A stretch of 62,672 bases of DNA, filler included, from Aduncisulcus paluster (GCA_024181965.1; 3 parts of 3 records of this genome joined end to end with filler, not necessarily neighbours in it); one strand, 5' to 3'. Counted from the first letter of the whole stretch, positions 37,401 to 48,353 are shown. The notes: generated by a model not told the origin, from the sequence alone. Translations and numbers: made by a program.

Positions 37401-37473
37401 GATAGAATTTTTCTGGATTCGCCTCAAATTCGGGGCGAGCCAGTTTCTTAACCTCCTTTGTTGTAAGAGACAT
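34465..37473 (-). CDS. alaS: Alanyl-tRNA synthetase, archaeal type
   Basis: N-terminal Zn ribbon GFHRHQCPKCGHFYW...TCGDSSC, RYPVVARWRNDV, AGIFCFQP, VPPPANPL, WAGGGNLGPCVE, GLEVGNMVFMQF, IDVGIGLER; editing motifs HHSAAH and ACCGTH. Confidence 0.95.
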   Translation of the reverse strand: MSLTTKEVKKLARPEFEANPEKFYPVEVFKTFGFHRHQCPKCGHFYWRHSEKQDTCGDSSCVGKYKFIGRGTGIGRGEGAKKISIPDAWGTFKEAFEGARIPHTAIKRYPVVARWRNDVPYVAAGIFCFQPFCVTGEVPPPANPLICPQFCLRFNDLDSIGLSGRHYSGFNMLGIQVFNTKDKFVYFKEECVEFNLNWLINYLKIDPDEITLIEDVWAGGGNLGPCVEYFINGLEVGNMVFMQFRVGPDGSRTPLDVQVIDVGIGLERIPWLINGSVTSYVDAFPTALKYFTDRVDGIECVNEMWQRFGEASCLLNIDEVDDIDETWKHVASVIAEKESLETGKEVTIDVKELRDSIEPVRDMYVILDHLRSLCVAITDGSLPSNVGGGSNLRSILRRSFAILHRRGWFEAIGGVDGVIELMKCHFIDLEKLHGSMTINESLPAIIALEYDRYHKSEAESRSKLLRMCKKRKDGVLTLEDWITIITSWGIDAETVSSLTAQKVPDMLFREISEREERSAKPPPTQLWETTTMVPTEKIYETVQSQFEWESKIVAIFEDVREVKKADGKKDGKKGKKGEEVEKESTPISKPSLWSLIALESSCVYPTSGGQQHDNATLVIDGEIYNVIDAFNVGSVVFHKLDKPLKALSSAECDPSSVIGIPVKGKIDAARRLQLAQHHSAAHLVSRASKDVLGPHIWQQGAKKDEDIAHLDITHFKGLTFEEEQQIERRVNQLIRQSLSITKTNMRKENAEKAYGFTLYQGGVVPGSTVRVVNVGDGIDVEACCGTHLDNTSEIGYVRIVNSHRVSDGVVRIHFKAGEAALRFTANQSHVLESLKKDWTVEESEIVKTASKFFSGYKRMTKEIGDLTDELLKLRMSLVQEAPVDKGIRVYETSEDKPTLYISTLPSYAPMLKEKNTAVCFIGLNFMYILGVEEAVDLTEIERVVSEATAETGEKKRKVVIANKKIALKGKGKKKGEKIEGMVEVKAFGLSEKQVEAIRKHLM

Positions 37474-37698
37474 GCAAGCAAATCAGCTTGTTCTCATCAA
37501 TGAATAGCAATCACCAGAATATAACGCCAAGACTTAAGAGAAAAAAAGAAGAAATATTTATATGGTGCCTATTCGTTAATATTCCGTTAAGAAGTGCATT
37601 TTACTTAATATTGGATCAGTTACAAACTTTCCCTTATTTGAACACACTCCTGAATATAATTAAGATCTTTATACTGTGATTTTTTCTTTAAATACACT

Positions 37699-40600
37699 AT
37701 GAGTTCTGTCAATAATATTAAATTATTTATTCATAGCTTTTCTATCATCTATACAAAGATGAGTATCTCAGAGGATGATACACATAAAAATATCCTTTTT
37801 TATTATCCGAGAGAAGAAAGAGAAGATAAAAAATTGCTAAAAATTGGATTTATTCAGGGTATTACTCAATTTTCCAGACGCTTTCGAGGGCAATGTGATA
37901 TCATATCATTTTCTGGTGGTCAGAAGATTGTTCTCATTTCCCCTGAGCCTGATGTTGTATTTGCCCTTCAGATTGGCGATCCTGATGCTCGGTCACTTGA
38001 AGATCAAGAGAGGACTCGAGATTTGTTTTCGAAGGTTTGTGGAGTTTCCTCTGCTCCTGACGTGATTCTTAAACGTACACTTAAAGTATTTGTAGACCTA
38101 ATTATGTTACTTGAACATTCTGTTTCCCGTATGATTTCAATATTTGGACCCACCGAAACGAGGAGAAGACTGAAAACATATAGTTATGTTTTGATAGATC
38201 ATTTAATGCTCAAAGGCATATGCCCTTCCTTTTGGACATTGTGTGCGCCATCATTATCAGCATCAACTTTGATCTCTCCGGTGCCTAAGTTTATATCTCC
38301 ATTTTTTCCAGCTCAAACAAGTTCTTCTTCCGGCATTCCTTCGGGATCTCCATTTGCGACAGATGCTGGCGGATTAACCAATTTATATAAACTGGCATCC
38401 GATTTTCTCTTGACATATCCCTATTGTTTGCACATTCTCTTGACATACAATGATTCAGTCATATTCCACTCATTTCCACCAAGTATGCTGTTTAATTTCT
38501 GGTTAATCGGAATAACTTGTTCAGCCAATGTTGAGAAAGTTCTAAATTTGGCTATTAAGTGTGTTCATAATCATATTTATGCCAAACGAGAGAGAAAAGG
38601 AACTGAAGAGGAGGCTTTATTACGTATGGCAAAACCCAAGGTCTCATCTGGATCCTCTGGAAAGGGTTCTTCCGATCTTCCTCTGCAGAGTATGCCTCAC
38701 GAACTTGCTGTGTCAATCGGAACCAGTGCTTTCTTCGGGATGGAAAGAGGGAATATCTCAGAACAAGAGCTATTTTTAGATCAAGGAGGAAGTGAGAAAG
38801 AAGAAGGAGAAGGAGGAAGTGAGAAAGAAGGAGAAGAACCCTCTGTTTCTCTTTCTTCCGCTGAGAGTGAAGCCAAGGTCCCTTCTTTCGCTGACCTTGC
38901 TGCTGCTGATTGTCAGGCTATNNNNNNNNNNNNNNNNNNNNAGTTCTAAATTTGGCTATTAAGTGTGTTCATAATCATATTTATGCCAAACGAGAGAGAA
39001 AAGGAACTGAAGAGGAGGCTTTATTACGTATGGCAAAACACAAGGTCTCATCTGGATCCTCTGGAAAGGGTTCTTCCGATCTTCCTCTGCAGAGTATGCC
39101 TCACGAACTTGCTGTGTCAATCGGAACCAGTGCTTTCTTCGGGATGGAAAGAGGGAATATCTCAGAACAAGATCTATTTTTAGATCAAGGAGGAAGTGAG
39201 AAAGAAGAAGGAGAAGGAGGAAGTGAGAAAGAAGGAGAAGAACCCTCTGTTTCTCTTTCTTCCGCTGAGAGTGAAGCCAAGGTCCCTTCTTTCGCTGACC
39301 TTGCTGCTGCTGATTGTCAGGCTATTGGAAAGTTGGAGAAAGAGAAGAAGAGGTCGAAGAAGAAAGAGCTTAAAGAATCCATAATCACCAAGCTTCGTGC
39401 TGCTCTCCTCACGAAGAAGAAAGAAAACGGGCAAGAGGAGGTCATTTCCAAGGATGAAGAGTTTGATTTACAGTGTGACATGGAGGACCAACTTGAGGCG
39501 GCCCTTTTCTCGCCCACATTCACACAGAGCGTTGAGATAGATGCAGAGAATGAACACTTCAGCAGTGTGATAGAAGAGAGAATGGAGATGCAAGGTCGTT
39601 GTATTGAAGGGCACTGTGTCTCGCTGAACATTGGAAACCTGGGTGTGACATGTGTGTGTGAGTTGAGCGAGGAAGAGAGAGTCCAACGTGATATGAGCCA
39701 ATTTCTGTGTAAGTTGTATGTGTTGATATCTAGGGGTCATTCGTTTCACATGAATGAGCCCACGTTACTCTCTGCCAATGAAAAGACGTGGTGGGATAGG
39801 CATAACTATGTTATATCCAGGTCAGGCGTGCAGGGAAGCAAGAAGAACAAACAAAACACAATAGGAAGTTCTGCAAGAAAACAGGATAAGGACAAGAGTG
39901 AATGTCAAAAGAGTGATGGGCAATATCGGGAAGGGGTGAAAGTGGAGTCTGAGAGTTCAGGAGAAGAAGATACCTCAAGGGATAGTGATATGGTTGGCCA
40001 TCACTTGCACCCCGACTATGAGGACATATCAAAGGATGGAAAGAACTTAGATGAAGTTGATGGGCAATCCACCACGGCTTCGTCACATTTACTACGCTCT
40101 GTTTCATCAATGTCTCTCGGTTCAACCGTCCATGGCCGGCAAAAATCAGTTTCCTCGATATCCACCTCGACAGATCCTGCAATGGCCAAGAAATACGCCA
40201 AGATGGAGAAAAAGAGGAAGAAGAAAGAAGAGAAAGAGCGGAAACGACGTGAAAAAGAGGAGAAGAAACTTGCCAAGCTTCAAAAGAAGAAGATTGCCAA
40301 GGAGTACAACCCTTCATTTCGGACTCGAACTCATTCTCTTTCAAACACCTTCTCTGAGTCTTCCTCACAAATGTGTACTCTCATGATCAAAACTGATGGC
40401 CAGAATCGTACGCTCACGGCCACTGATGATGGTTCCGAAGTCAGTCCTTGTTCAGTAGCTGTATGTGCCAACGTGATGTCCCAGCTGGCTGATCATTCCT
40501 CTTTTTCTGTTGGTCCTATCAGTGATGATGATGGCTTCAGTGAGATCTGTGTCCAAGTGCCCTACTCTGAAGGTGTTATTGCTGCCAACTTGTTCGGTGC

Positions 40601-40739
40601 TCTTCCCCCAGCCTCAGAATGGGTATATGCAAGGAAAGACGAGAGCAGGGAGGAGGCTGCCATCGTCTTAAGTGATATGCTCCAACACATCAGTGGGGCT
40701 TGTTCGGCAGCGAAGAGGGAGTTAGGTGAGTTTAAATGA
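37699..40739 (+). CDS. CCZ1: CCZ1-like tri-longin protein (Mon1-Ccz1 Rab7 GEF subunit; CCZ1/HPS4/INTU family)
   Basis: First longin signature SFSIIY...EDDTHKNILFYYP...KKLLKIGFIQGITQFSRRF...PEPDVVFAL; last longin EICVQ...EWVYARKDESREEAAIVL. The two ORFs are one gene split by the gap duplication. Confidence 0.75.
38538..39325. repeat. Gap-flanking duplication (38538-38921 vs 38942-39325) with 2 SNPs
   Basis: The copies differ at AAACCC/AAACAC (P/H) and GAGCTA/GATCTA (E/D). Confidence 0.93.
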
Positions 40740-40820
40740 AGGATACAAGGAACTGACTTCCGACATATCGATCATTGGTGTTCCAATCCGTTTCAATAAC
40801 CCTTTGTTATTGGAATATCG

Positions 40821-40875
40821 TACAGTAATAGTAGAGTATAGTATAGTACAGTAATAGTAGAGTATAGTACAGTAC
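40821..40875. repeat. Short TAGTA/CAGTA-type minisatellite
   Basis: tacagtaatagtagagtatagtatagtacagtaatagtagagtatagtacagta. Confidence 0.75.
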
Positions 40876-41437
40876 TGTGGTGATTGTGAAGTGTGAGACT
40901 CGATTGAAGGAAAAGGAATGTAGCTTCTGTACTACTGGAAATAGGTAATGTTTCTACATGTTCTCCCTCGTGCATAACAGTAGAAATTATTGTTGCCGAA
41001 CGAGTATCTCTACTTCCATGGCAACATAATACCTTAACATTAATAACTTAATATTGGACCAATATCATAACTTATGATTTATCTCTTCTGCCTGGGATTC
41101 CAAGATGTTTCTGTATTGATTCAATATTATTGAATCAAAATAAGAAAGTAAAATAGGATGGTGTGAGACTCACTCGTGAAAAACAGAAGATGGATGTCGA
41201 ACCTAATAACTCCGATATCATGAAATTCATGAATCGTTTGAAAAAAGCAGAGTGTCCCACCAAAAAATGACATCTTCGATCTTCTGATAAATATAAAAAA
41301 ATAAATGAATGAATATAGTTGTTAATAAATTAAGTAAAATAATTGTTAAAAATGTAAGTTATAAATGAATAAAAACCTTAGCAATTGCGAAGAAATAAAA
41401 AACAGAATAAAACAGATTTTCCAACAATTGAAACACC

Positions 41438-41822
41438 ATGCATTCATCTATATTACCAGAAGGTTTCATTTATCGAATTATTAATGAGAAATTTAACGGA
41501 GAAACGGTGTTTCAGAAACTTTCAAAATCAATCCAGATTTCCCAAGATTATCTCATCTCACATATTCAGGATTTTCTTAAGTCAGATATTAATAATAAGC
41601 AGATTAAGTGCCTCCTATGTCAAACAAAGGAGTTAAAGTTCGATTCTAGATCGGTAGCGAGTCATATTGTATCGAAATCCCACAGTTACGCTATCTCCAA
41701 AAAATCTAAATTAAGAGCTAAAATATTGGAGAAAAGAAGACATGCAGAGGAAATTATTCTGACAACCGTATTGAAAAAGGGATATCCTATCTCATGTATC
41801 CCGGAATTGTACGGTCTTGAAG
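41438..41822 (+). mobile_element. CGGBP/hAT-transposase-like N-terminal fragment with C2H2 zinc finger, truncated by the linker
   Basis: IKCLLC-x14-HIVSKSH resembles CGGBP1 LFCTSC...DHLKSKTH; it is followed by EEIILTTVLKKGYPISCI, similar to the hAT dimerisation helix (...ANIPL). AT-rich and located at a scaffold end. Confidence 0.5.
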
Positions 41823-41922
41823 NNNNNNNNNNNNNNNNNNNNNNNNNNNNNNNNNNNNNNNNNNNNTTAATTAATTAANNNNNNNNNNNNNNNNNNNNNN
41901 NNNNNNNNNNNNNNNNNNNNNN
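41823..41922. other. Artificial scaffold-joining linker N44-TTAATTAATTAA-N44
   Basis: Same 100-nt structure as 19840-19939. Confidence 0.95.
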
Positions 41923-42125
41923 AAAGCATAAGAGAAGGATTCAGACCATTTTACTATTTTCCAATGGGGAATACATCAATAAATATAAACCCCCTAGTAG
42001 TTACAACAATCACTGATGACTGATGACAAAAAAAATCGGAGATTGGTACATTATTAGCCGTACTATAATAAGAACAATAGATCTAATAGCGCTCCTAGGC
42101 AAATAAGAAAAATAAGAAAAAAAAA

Positions 42126-42626
42126 TTAAACTATGCAACAGCAACCAGAGCTTTCTGCGCTGACAAATTTAATATCTCTCAAACCAGTCGTTTCATATTC
42201 TGGCCATGTAGAAACATGTTTTAGAACGCATTTAACAACATTATCGACTCGAACAGATAATTCATGCCACTCAACAGTATGCTTCATTCGTCGAAATTGA
42301 TAAACACGAGTAACATGTTTTCCTGAAGCTGTAATAAATTTTATCGCTAATGTTTTGGGATTAAACCATCCATTTTCCATGGAAAGAAAGATTTTGTGCA
42401 CATATGTAGGGGAAACAAATGGAAGTGAGAGAACCTGGAATCTAATTCCGGAACGGCCTTTCAAAAAGTCAACAACAGATCCAAGTGGTTTGGCCTTTGA
42501 AGATCGGGATTTGGAAAGGGATTCTTCAATGGATCGAAGATCGATTTTGATTAAATTGGATTGTGAACCAGAAGGAGGTTTTCGGTCAATCCAGCCATCT
42601 TTAATAAACTTACTTTGAAGAGACAT
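42126..42626 (-). CDS. Single-module orphan jelly-roll family protein with C-terminal CaaX box
   Basis: FIKDG...PP...FLKG...FQVLSLPFVSP...PKTLAIKF...EWHELSVRVDNVVKC...STW; ends SSGCCCIV*. Confidence 0.85.
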   Translation of the reverse strand: MSLQSKFIKDGWIDRKPPSGSQSNLIKIDLRSIEESLSKSRSSKAKPLGSVVDFLKGRSGIRFQVLSLPFVSPTYVHKIFLSMENGWFNPKTLAIKFITASGKHVTRVYQFRRMKHTVEWHELSVRVDNVVKCVLKHVSTWPEYETTGLRDIKFVSAESSGCCCIV

Positions 42627-42989
42627 GAATGGAAAGCGCTAATACAAAGTTACAAAACTTGGGATGAGGGATTAAATGAGATATTGTTGTTGATAGGATC
42701 TGTGTTCGGACATGAAAAGCAATAATCGACGTACTTTAATTAATAAAACAGCTTAAAAAGAGGAAAAGTAAAAGATGATGGAAAAAAGGGGGCTGCAAAA
42801 GGAGGAAAGTCCAAACTGCTGTTCCACGACAAGGAACACCCAATATATGTGTTAAAATAAATATCAAAAATAAATTAATGATTAAATGGATTAAAGAATT
42901 AAATAAGAAAATTATGAAAAAATGAAGATTCTTCATTGAAGAATACAGATTATTGAATTATTTATAGATAATATGGAAAATTCCCGTCA

Positions 42990-43073
42990 GCACGGATGGC
43001 CGAGTGGTCTAAGGCGCAAGACTAAGGATCTTGTGTGGATTACCACGCGTGGGTTCGAATCCCACTTCGTGCA
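42990..43073 (+). tRNA. tRNA-Leu (anticodon AAG)
   Basis: Acceptor stem GCACGGA/TTCGTGC, D arm TGGCCGAGTGGTCTAAGGC, anticodon arm CAAGA-CTAAGGA-TCTTG, long variable arm, T arm GTGGG-TTCGAAT-CCCAC, discriminator A. Confidence 0.96.
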
Positions 43074-43078
43074 TTTTT
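43074..43078 (+). terminator. Pol III oligo-T terminator of tRNA-Leu
   Basis: TTTTT immediately after the discriminator base. Confidence 0.75.
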
Positions 43079-43296
43079 GGCACCAATTTTATACTTCTTC
43101 ATTGAGTTGTGGGATTACATTACAATGGATATAGGAGCATAATTTATTGATTTATCATCATTAAAGCTATTTACTTCTTAACCTCAAAAATTCAGATCAC
43201 TTTTGCAAAAACGTTCAAATCTGAATAGTAGGATCGAAAAATCTACAAACGACAACAATAAAAAGGACAATGTTCACAAGATAACTGATGAATTAC

Positions 43297-44874
43297 TTAC
43301 ATTTGATCAATTTCTTCAGCAACCTCTTTAATTTCCTTTTCTCCATCTTCTTCAGTTTCCTTCCTTTCTCCAGCTTCAAGAGAACCGTATAATTCAAGGA
43401 GATATTTGTTTCTGGCCTCAACAAGCTTCACAATATCTTGGGGATCGCTTGGGGGTTTGGAGAGGTCGACCTTTTCGCCAGTAATCTTCTCAAAAAGTTC
43501 CATAACTTCACTGATACTTGTCTCGAAGTGACTAGTCTCATCATACGAAGAAGTGATCCAGACGCTCTTCTTCTCGATACCATCAGCTCCAACAAGGATT
43601 TCATTAACAGTTTCAAAGGAGTCAATGAGACCTCCGCTCTTGTTGAGAAGCTCCAATCCAGGCTTCAACTCATCGCGAGGTGAATCAGTTTCCACGGTGG
43701 TACTGACATATCCCAACATAAAGTTAGGCGGGCAAGACTTGTAGTAGGTCCCCATTCCACTCACATACACGTCGTGTCTACGGTGGACAGTTTTCTGTGG
43801 GATAATGATCTGGCAAGAAGGGAAGAAACCGGGAAGGGATGAAAGTCTGTGCTTGGGGTTCTTCTTCTTGTCCTTGTCCTTCTGAGACTTACTGTAATCA
43901 GAGCCGGCGATTGGCTTGTCAAGGATACACACGGCACGAGCGACAGAGTGGCTGACTTTGGTCATTTCACGGGGGAAGTAAGAGGGAGCGCCGATACACC
44001 ATTTGGCATAGGCTTCGAATTCAATATCCTCGTCATTCTTGGCACGAATTCCTCTAAAAGTTCCATCTTCATTGTACAAAAGTTCTTGGACATCGATACG
44101 AATCATGTAAACACCTCCAAAAACACTAGCAAGACGGGAAAATCCTTGAGGAAGCTCTCCAAGACCATATTCTGGGTAAATGTAAGGACTGGATCCAAAT
44201 TTGGCCAAAGAACGGGCATACAAGAAGATACGATCACAAGTCTCTTTGGCTGGACGTTCGAGATAGGAATCATCTCTCCAGAGACCCATAGCATGTCCAA
44301 TAAAGTCTTGGGTTGATTCTTGAAGGGAAAATTCAGCAAAGAGTTCCTTCATGGTAAGACCAGTCAAGTCACGGGTGGAAGGTTGCTCAGGATCACATTC
44401 CTTCTGGATGAGCTCCAAAAGACTAGCCATTCTACGTTTTTCACCGAATTTCATGAGTTTAGAGGCAATGGCTTCCTTGACAGTGGCGGGAACACGATGA
44501 ATACATCCTCCTTTGGCAGGACTGTAGACATATGAACCATCAATCACCTTGAAATTCAAATAATGGGTTGTGTTTGTGTGGACAAGGGTGGAAACAAGAG
44601 CTCCGGCAGAGAGGACGAACTTGGGGAAGAGATCAATGTTCCATTGCTTCCATTCTCTAGTAGTAGCACCAAATCTCTTTGGAGGCTCCATTCCAGGTCT
44701 GAATTGTTGGTAAAGCTGCTGAATGTTAAGAGAAGCAGACTCAGCTCCATAGTAGGAATTTTTGTCAATGTGGAGAACTTTGTATCCTGAGACACTCAAA
44801 AGTCCAGACAAGAGGCATTCTTTAAGACCAGTTCCAAGAATGATGGCATCGTAATAGGGAGAAAAGCCTTCCAT
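43297..44874 (-). CDS. GDI: Rab GDP-dissociation inhibitor
   Basis: YDAIILGTGLKECLLSGLLSVSGYKVLHIDKNSYYGAESASL, WNIDLFPKF, SPYIYPEYGLGELPQGFSRLASVFGGVYM, SYDETSHFET. Confidence 0.96.
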   Translation of the reverse strand: MEGFSPYYDAIILGTGLKECLLSGLLSVSGYKVLHIDKNSYYGAESASLNIQQLYQQFRPGMEPPKRFGATTREWKQWNIDLFPKFVLSAGALVSTLVHTNTTHYLNFKVIDGSYVYSPAKGGCIHRVPATVKEAIASKLMKFGEKRRMASLLELIQKECDPEQPSTRDLTGLTMKELFAEFSLQESTQDFIGHAMGLWRDDSYLERPAKETCDRIFLYARSLAKFGSSPYIYPEYGLGELPQGFSRLASVFGGVYMIRIDVQELLYNEDGTFRGIRAKNDEDIEFEAYAKWCIGAPSYFPREMTKVSHSVARAVCILDKPIAGSDYSKSQKDKDKKKNPKHRLSSLPGFFPSCQIIIPQKTVHRRHDVYVSGMGTYYKSCPPNFMLGYVSTTVETDSPRDELKPGLELLNKSGGLIDSFETVNEILVGADGIEKKSVWITSSYDETSHFETSISEVMELFEKITGEKVDLSKPPSDPQDIVKLVEARNKYLLELYGSLEAGERKETEEDGEKEIKEVAEEIDQM

Positions 44875-45166
44875 TTTGTGTGAAGATGTAACAAAAAATA
44901 CTGCTTCAATTATCGAATTGATTAAATAATATATAGCTGGTAAAATTTGTTTATCAGAGAATTAAAAAAATAATATTATACAATAAATGGATTTTGTAAC
45001 GCTTGGATTTTTCTCTGGGATCAAATTCCACTGGAAACTCAATTTGTGGAATATAATATAATTATTGGGCGAATTTTCCCATAATATTAACATTTATTGT
45101 TAGGGAATTCATTCTTTTTCAACATTATCCTCTGCAAAACAAATTGTGTGTTTTTGATGTTCTATA

Positions 45167-48133
45167 ATGGAAATTACACATACAGTTGACGAAATCCGTG
45201 AAAAATTATTGGGTTTAAAGGAATCTGAAGAAAAATATGTCGAAGATCAAACATATTTCACTGTTGCTGAGGTGTCATGTTTGCTTGAACAATTATCTTC
45301 CCTTGTTGAAGAGGCTACATCAAATGATAAGGTTGTAAAGGAAGCTGCGGATGTAATAACACTGATGAAATCTCTTCAATCTGAAAGGGACATTCTTTCT
45401 TCTGAAAATGAAAAACTTTCAAATGAGTTGGGAATAATGCAGGAAGAACGGGATTCTCTTGCAAGAGAAGTTTCAAAGACCCAAGCCAAACAATCTGCCA
45501 CTGAATCTATGCTTAGAGATTCCCTAGCTCTCTCTGAAAAAGAGGTTGAAACTTTAAAAGAGGAAGTTGAGACTTTACAAGGTGAATATGATGAATATAG
45601 GGCTAAAGTTGAACATAATACTGAATTGGTCCAATCCCAAAAGGAGGAACTTGAGAAAAAAGATGGTTCAATTCATTCTCTCGAAGAAGAGTTGGTTCGT
45701 GTAAAAGAATCTTTTGGTGAGAAACAAGAGGAGATTGAGAAGGAATTTAAGCAAAAACATTTGAATCCATTAAAGATGGCTATTTTAAAAGAACAANNNN
45801 NNNNNNNNNNNNNNNNCTTTAAAAGAGGAAGTTGAGACTTTACAAGGTGAATATGATGAATATAGGGCTAAAGTTGAACATAATACTGAATTGGTCCAAT
45901 CCCAAAAGGAGGAACTTGAGAAAAAAGATGGTTCAATTCATTCTCTCGAAGAAGAGTTGGTTCGTGTAAAAGAATCTTTTGGTGAGAAACAAGAGGAGAT
46001 TGAGAAGGAATTTAAGCAAAAACATTTGAATCCATTAAAGATGGCTATTTTAAAAGAACAAGCAGAGAAATCTGACATTCAACTACAGTTGTCTGAACTA
46101 AAACGTTCGTATAAAGAGCTTGAGGAGCGCAACGACAAACTTACTGAGGAGATTGAGAGTGCACAGTTATGTGTTCTACAGTTGGAAGAGGAAAAAAAAC
46201 AGAAAGTCGATGAAGCTCTCTCCAAACAAACGATTCAGCTCGAACAGACAAGATCCGAATTATTTGAAATGAAGAAGGCATACAATAATTTATTACAAGA
46301 GAAGATTGCTGAGTTTGCAAAGAAATGGATTGTTAGAAGTCCTTTTATGATGGAAATTGAAGAATGGCGGAATTCTCTTCTTGATGAACTTAAATCACAT
46401 ATATCTTCACTTTCTGGACTTGAAAAGGAAGAAGAAGCTTCTGCATCAAAATCTGGCGAAAAAGAGAATGAGCCTTTTCCTACTGAACAAACTTCCAATA
46501 TCAAGACTCTTGTTTCCAAGTCCGACTTGGCAGAAACATCTCTTGAGCTTCCTGCGCGCATTGAAGAACTTCCTGCTCACCAACAGGTTGTTGTATTGCA
46601 TTCATATGTGTCTACACTTTCCGATTCCCTCAAGTCGGCTCAAAAACAGTTATCACAAACGAAAAAAACAGAATCTGACCTTAGAAGGAATGCTACCTTG
46701 GTTGAATCTTTGAAAACGCAGCTTTCTGAGGAAGAAGATCGCCGGAAAAGGGATGTTCTTCGGCTTAAGGGTGAAATTCATGCGTTGAATCTTGCCTTAC
46801 AGAAAGGAAAGGGACCTGGAGATGCTCGGAGAGGATCTGGCTCTTCCTTTGGTGGGTGTTACCGATGCCGAGCATTTTCTCACTCCCATAAAGCGCTAGA
46901 AGAGAATATTTCCACTCTAAATTCTATTCTTACTGTTTCTCAACGTCATGAGAAAGAACTTGGGAATCACCTTCATAGGGCCTTGAGTGAGTTGAAGCGT
47001 TTGAAGGAAAGATATGTTTCCTTTGTGTATGGATTTGCACGTGTGTGTGATGGTGTGAAGAATTCCATTCTATCCGAGTTTGATGAGGATTCTCGAAAGA
47101 TTCAAGTTCATTAACTTCATCTTTCTCATCTCTTGACTCTTCCTCTACTTTCTCTCTGATTCTCTCTGTAATTTCTCAGCAGTGGATTGAATCTTTGAAA
47201 GATGTTGACCAATTAAGAGTTCTTAACAATGAATCAATTTCCAAATTAAGAGAGTGGCGGGACAAATATTTCGTTCAGATTGGCCAAGTTGCTAAAACAT
47301 CCATGGAAGTTGAAAAGAGAAAGAAAGAGAGAGAGAGCAAATCTGGAAAGAGCAGAGTTTTCCGACAGGCAACAACACTGATGGCTGCTAATTATGCCAG
47401 AGATTCAACATCCTCTCTTCTTTCTTTGCACAGCTCTGCCTCTCTTCAAGGATCATCGGGGGGGAGTGGTCGACAGAGGTTTACGGCATCAACTCCTTCA
47501 AATGTTATATTTTTAGAACTTGAGAAAGATTTGAAAGCCTTACAGCGTGAGAATGTTATCCTTGTCAAAAGATATAATGACTCAATTGAGTCTTCTCGAG
47601 AGAAAGAAGAGAAAATCCATTGTGCTTATACTCAACTTGAAAAACAACTTCGCTATGGTCGACAAATGAGAAGAATAGTGGATGCTCTAAAGGTTAAGTT
47701 GGGAGCAATTTCATCATCTGCTTCAGGTCCAATTATAGGTGACTCTGAGAAACAACCAGTTTCGGACGATATTCATTGGAAGGCGATGATTTCACAACCG
47801 GTTGTTCCAACAACAATATCTTCTGGGTTTATTCAATCTCCTCTCCAGAAAAAGATGGAGGAAAGCTCTGTGAAAAAGAGGGGTGAAGTGTTGAAACGTG
47901 AAGAATCTTCGTATGTTTCAAGAATTGTTGAAGGAAAGCAAGAGAATGACAAAGATCGAATCACAATTATTTCTCCACAGCCTGAGGAATTATATCTTGA
48001 TAAACACGAACAGGAAGAGGAAGATGGTGAGAAGGAGGAAAGCGATGGAATTGTGTTAGAATCTTCAATTAAAGGGAGGAAACAATTTGAAAGAATGGTG
48101 ATGAATACGCTATCTGATGTTGAATTGAAATAA
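45167..48133 (+). CDS. Long coiled-coil protein (one gene; gap duplication at 45552-46061 and intron 47106-47179)
   Basis: Heptad-rich E/K/L/Q sequence. ORFs 45167, 45891 and 47195 join by collapsing the duplication and splicing the phase-0 intron CAA|GTTCAT...polypyrimidine...TTCTCAG|CAG TGG. Confidence 0.8.
45552..46061. repeat. Gap-flanking duplication (45552-45796 = 45817-46061)
   Basis: 245 bp repeated either side of N 45797-45816. Confidence 0.93.
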
Positions 48134-48353
48134 TTGTTTGTTAATGTATTTACACTAATGAATTCTTGTCCTTTTTTTATCTTATGCTAATGAAATGGAC
48201 ATTATATCTAGTTTACACCAATATTGTGATCAATAAACTTCGATATTTATTAACATCATCTTTCTTGAATGAAGTTTAATTTTGAGAAGAAACAATTACA
48301 AGACAAAATTAAATACATATTTTTTAATAGCTAAAATTGAAAATTTCAACATC

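Noticed and set aside
40821..40875. CRISPR-like or telomeric array
   Set aside because: No unique spacers, only about two degenerate units, and not a G-rich telomere repeat.
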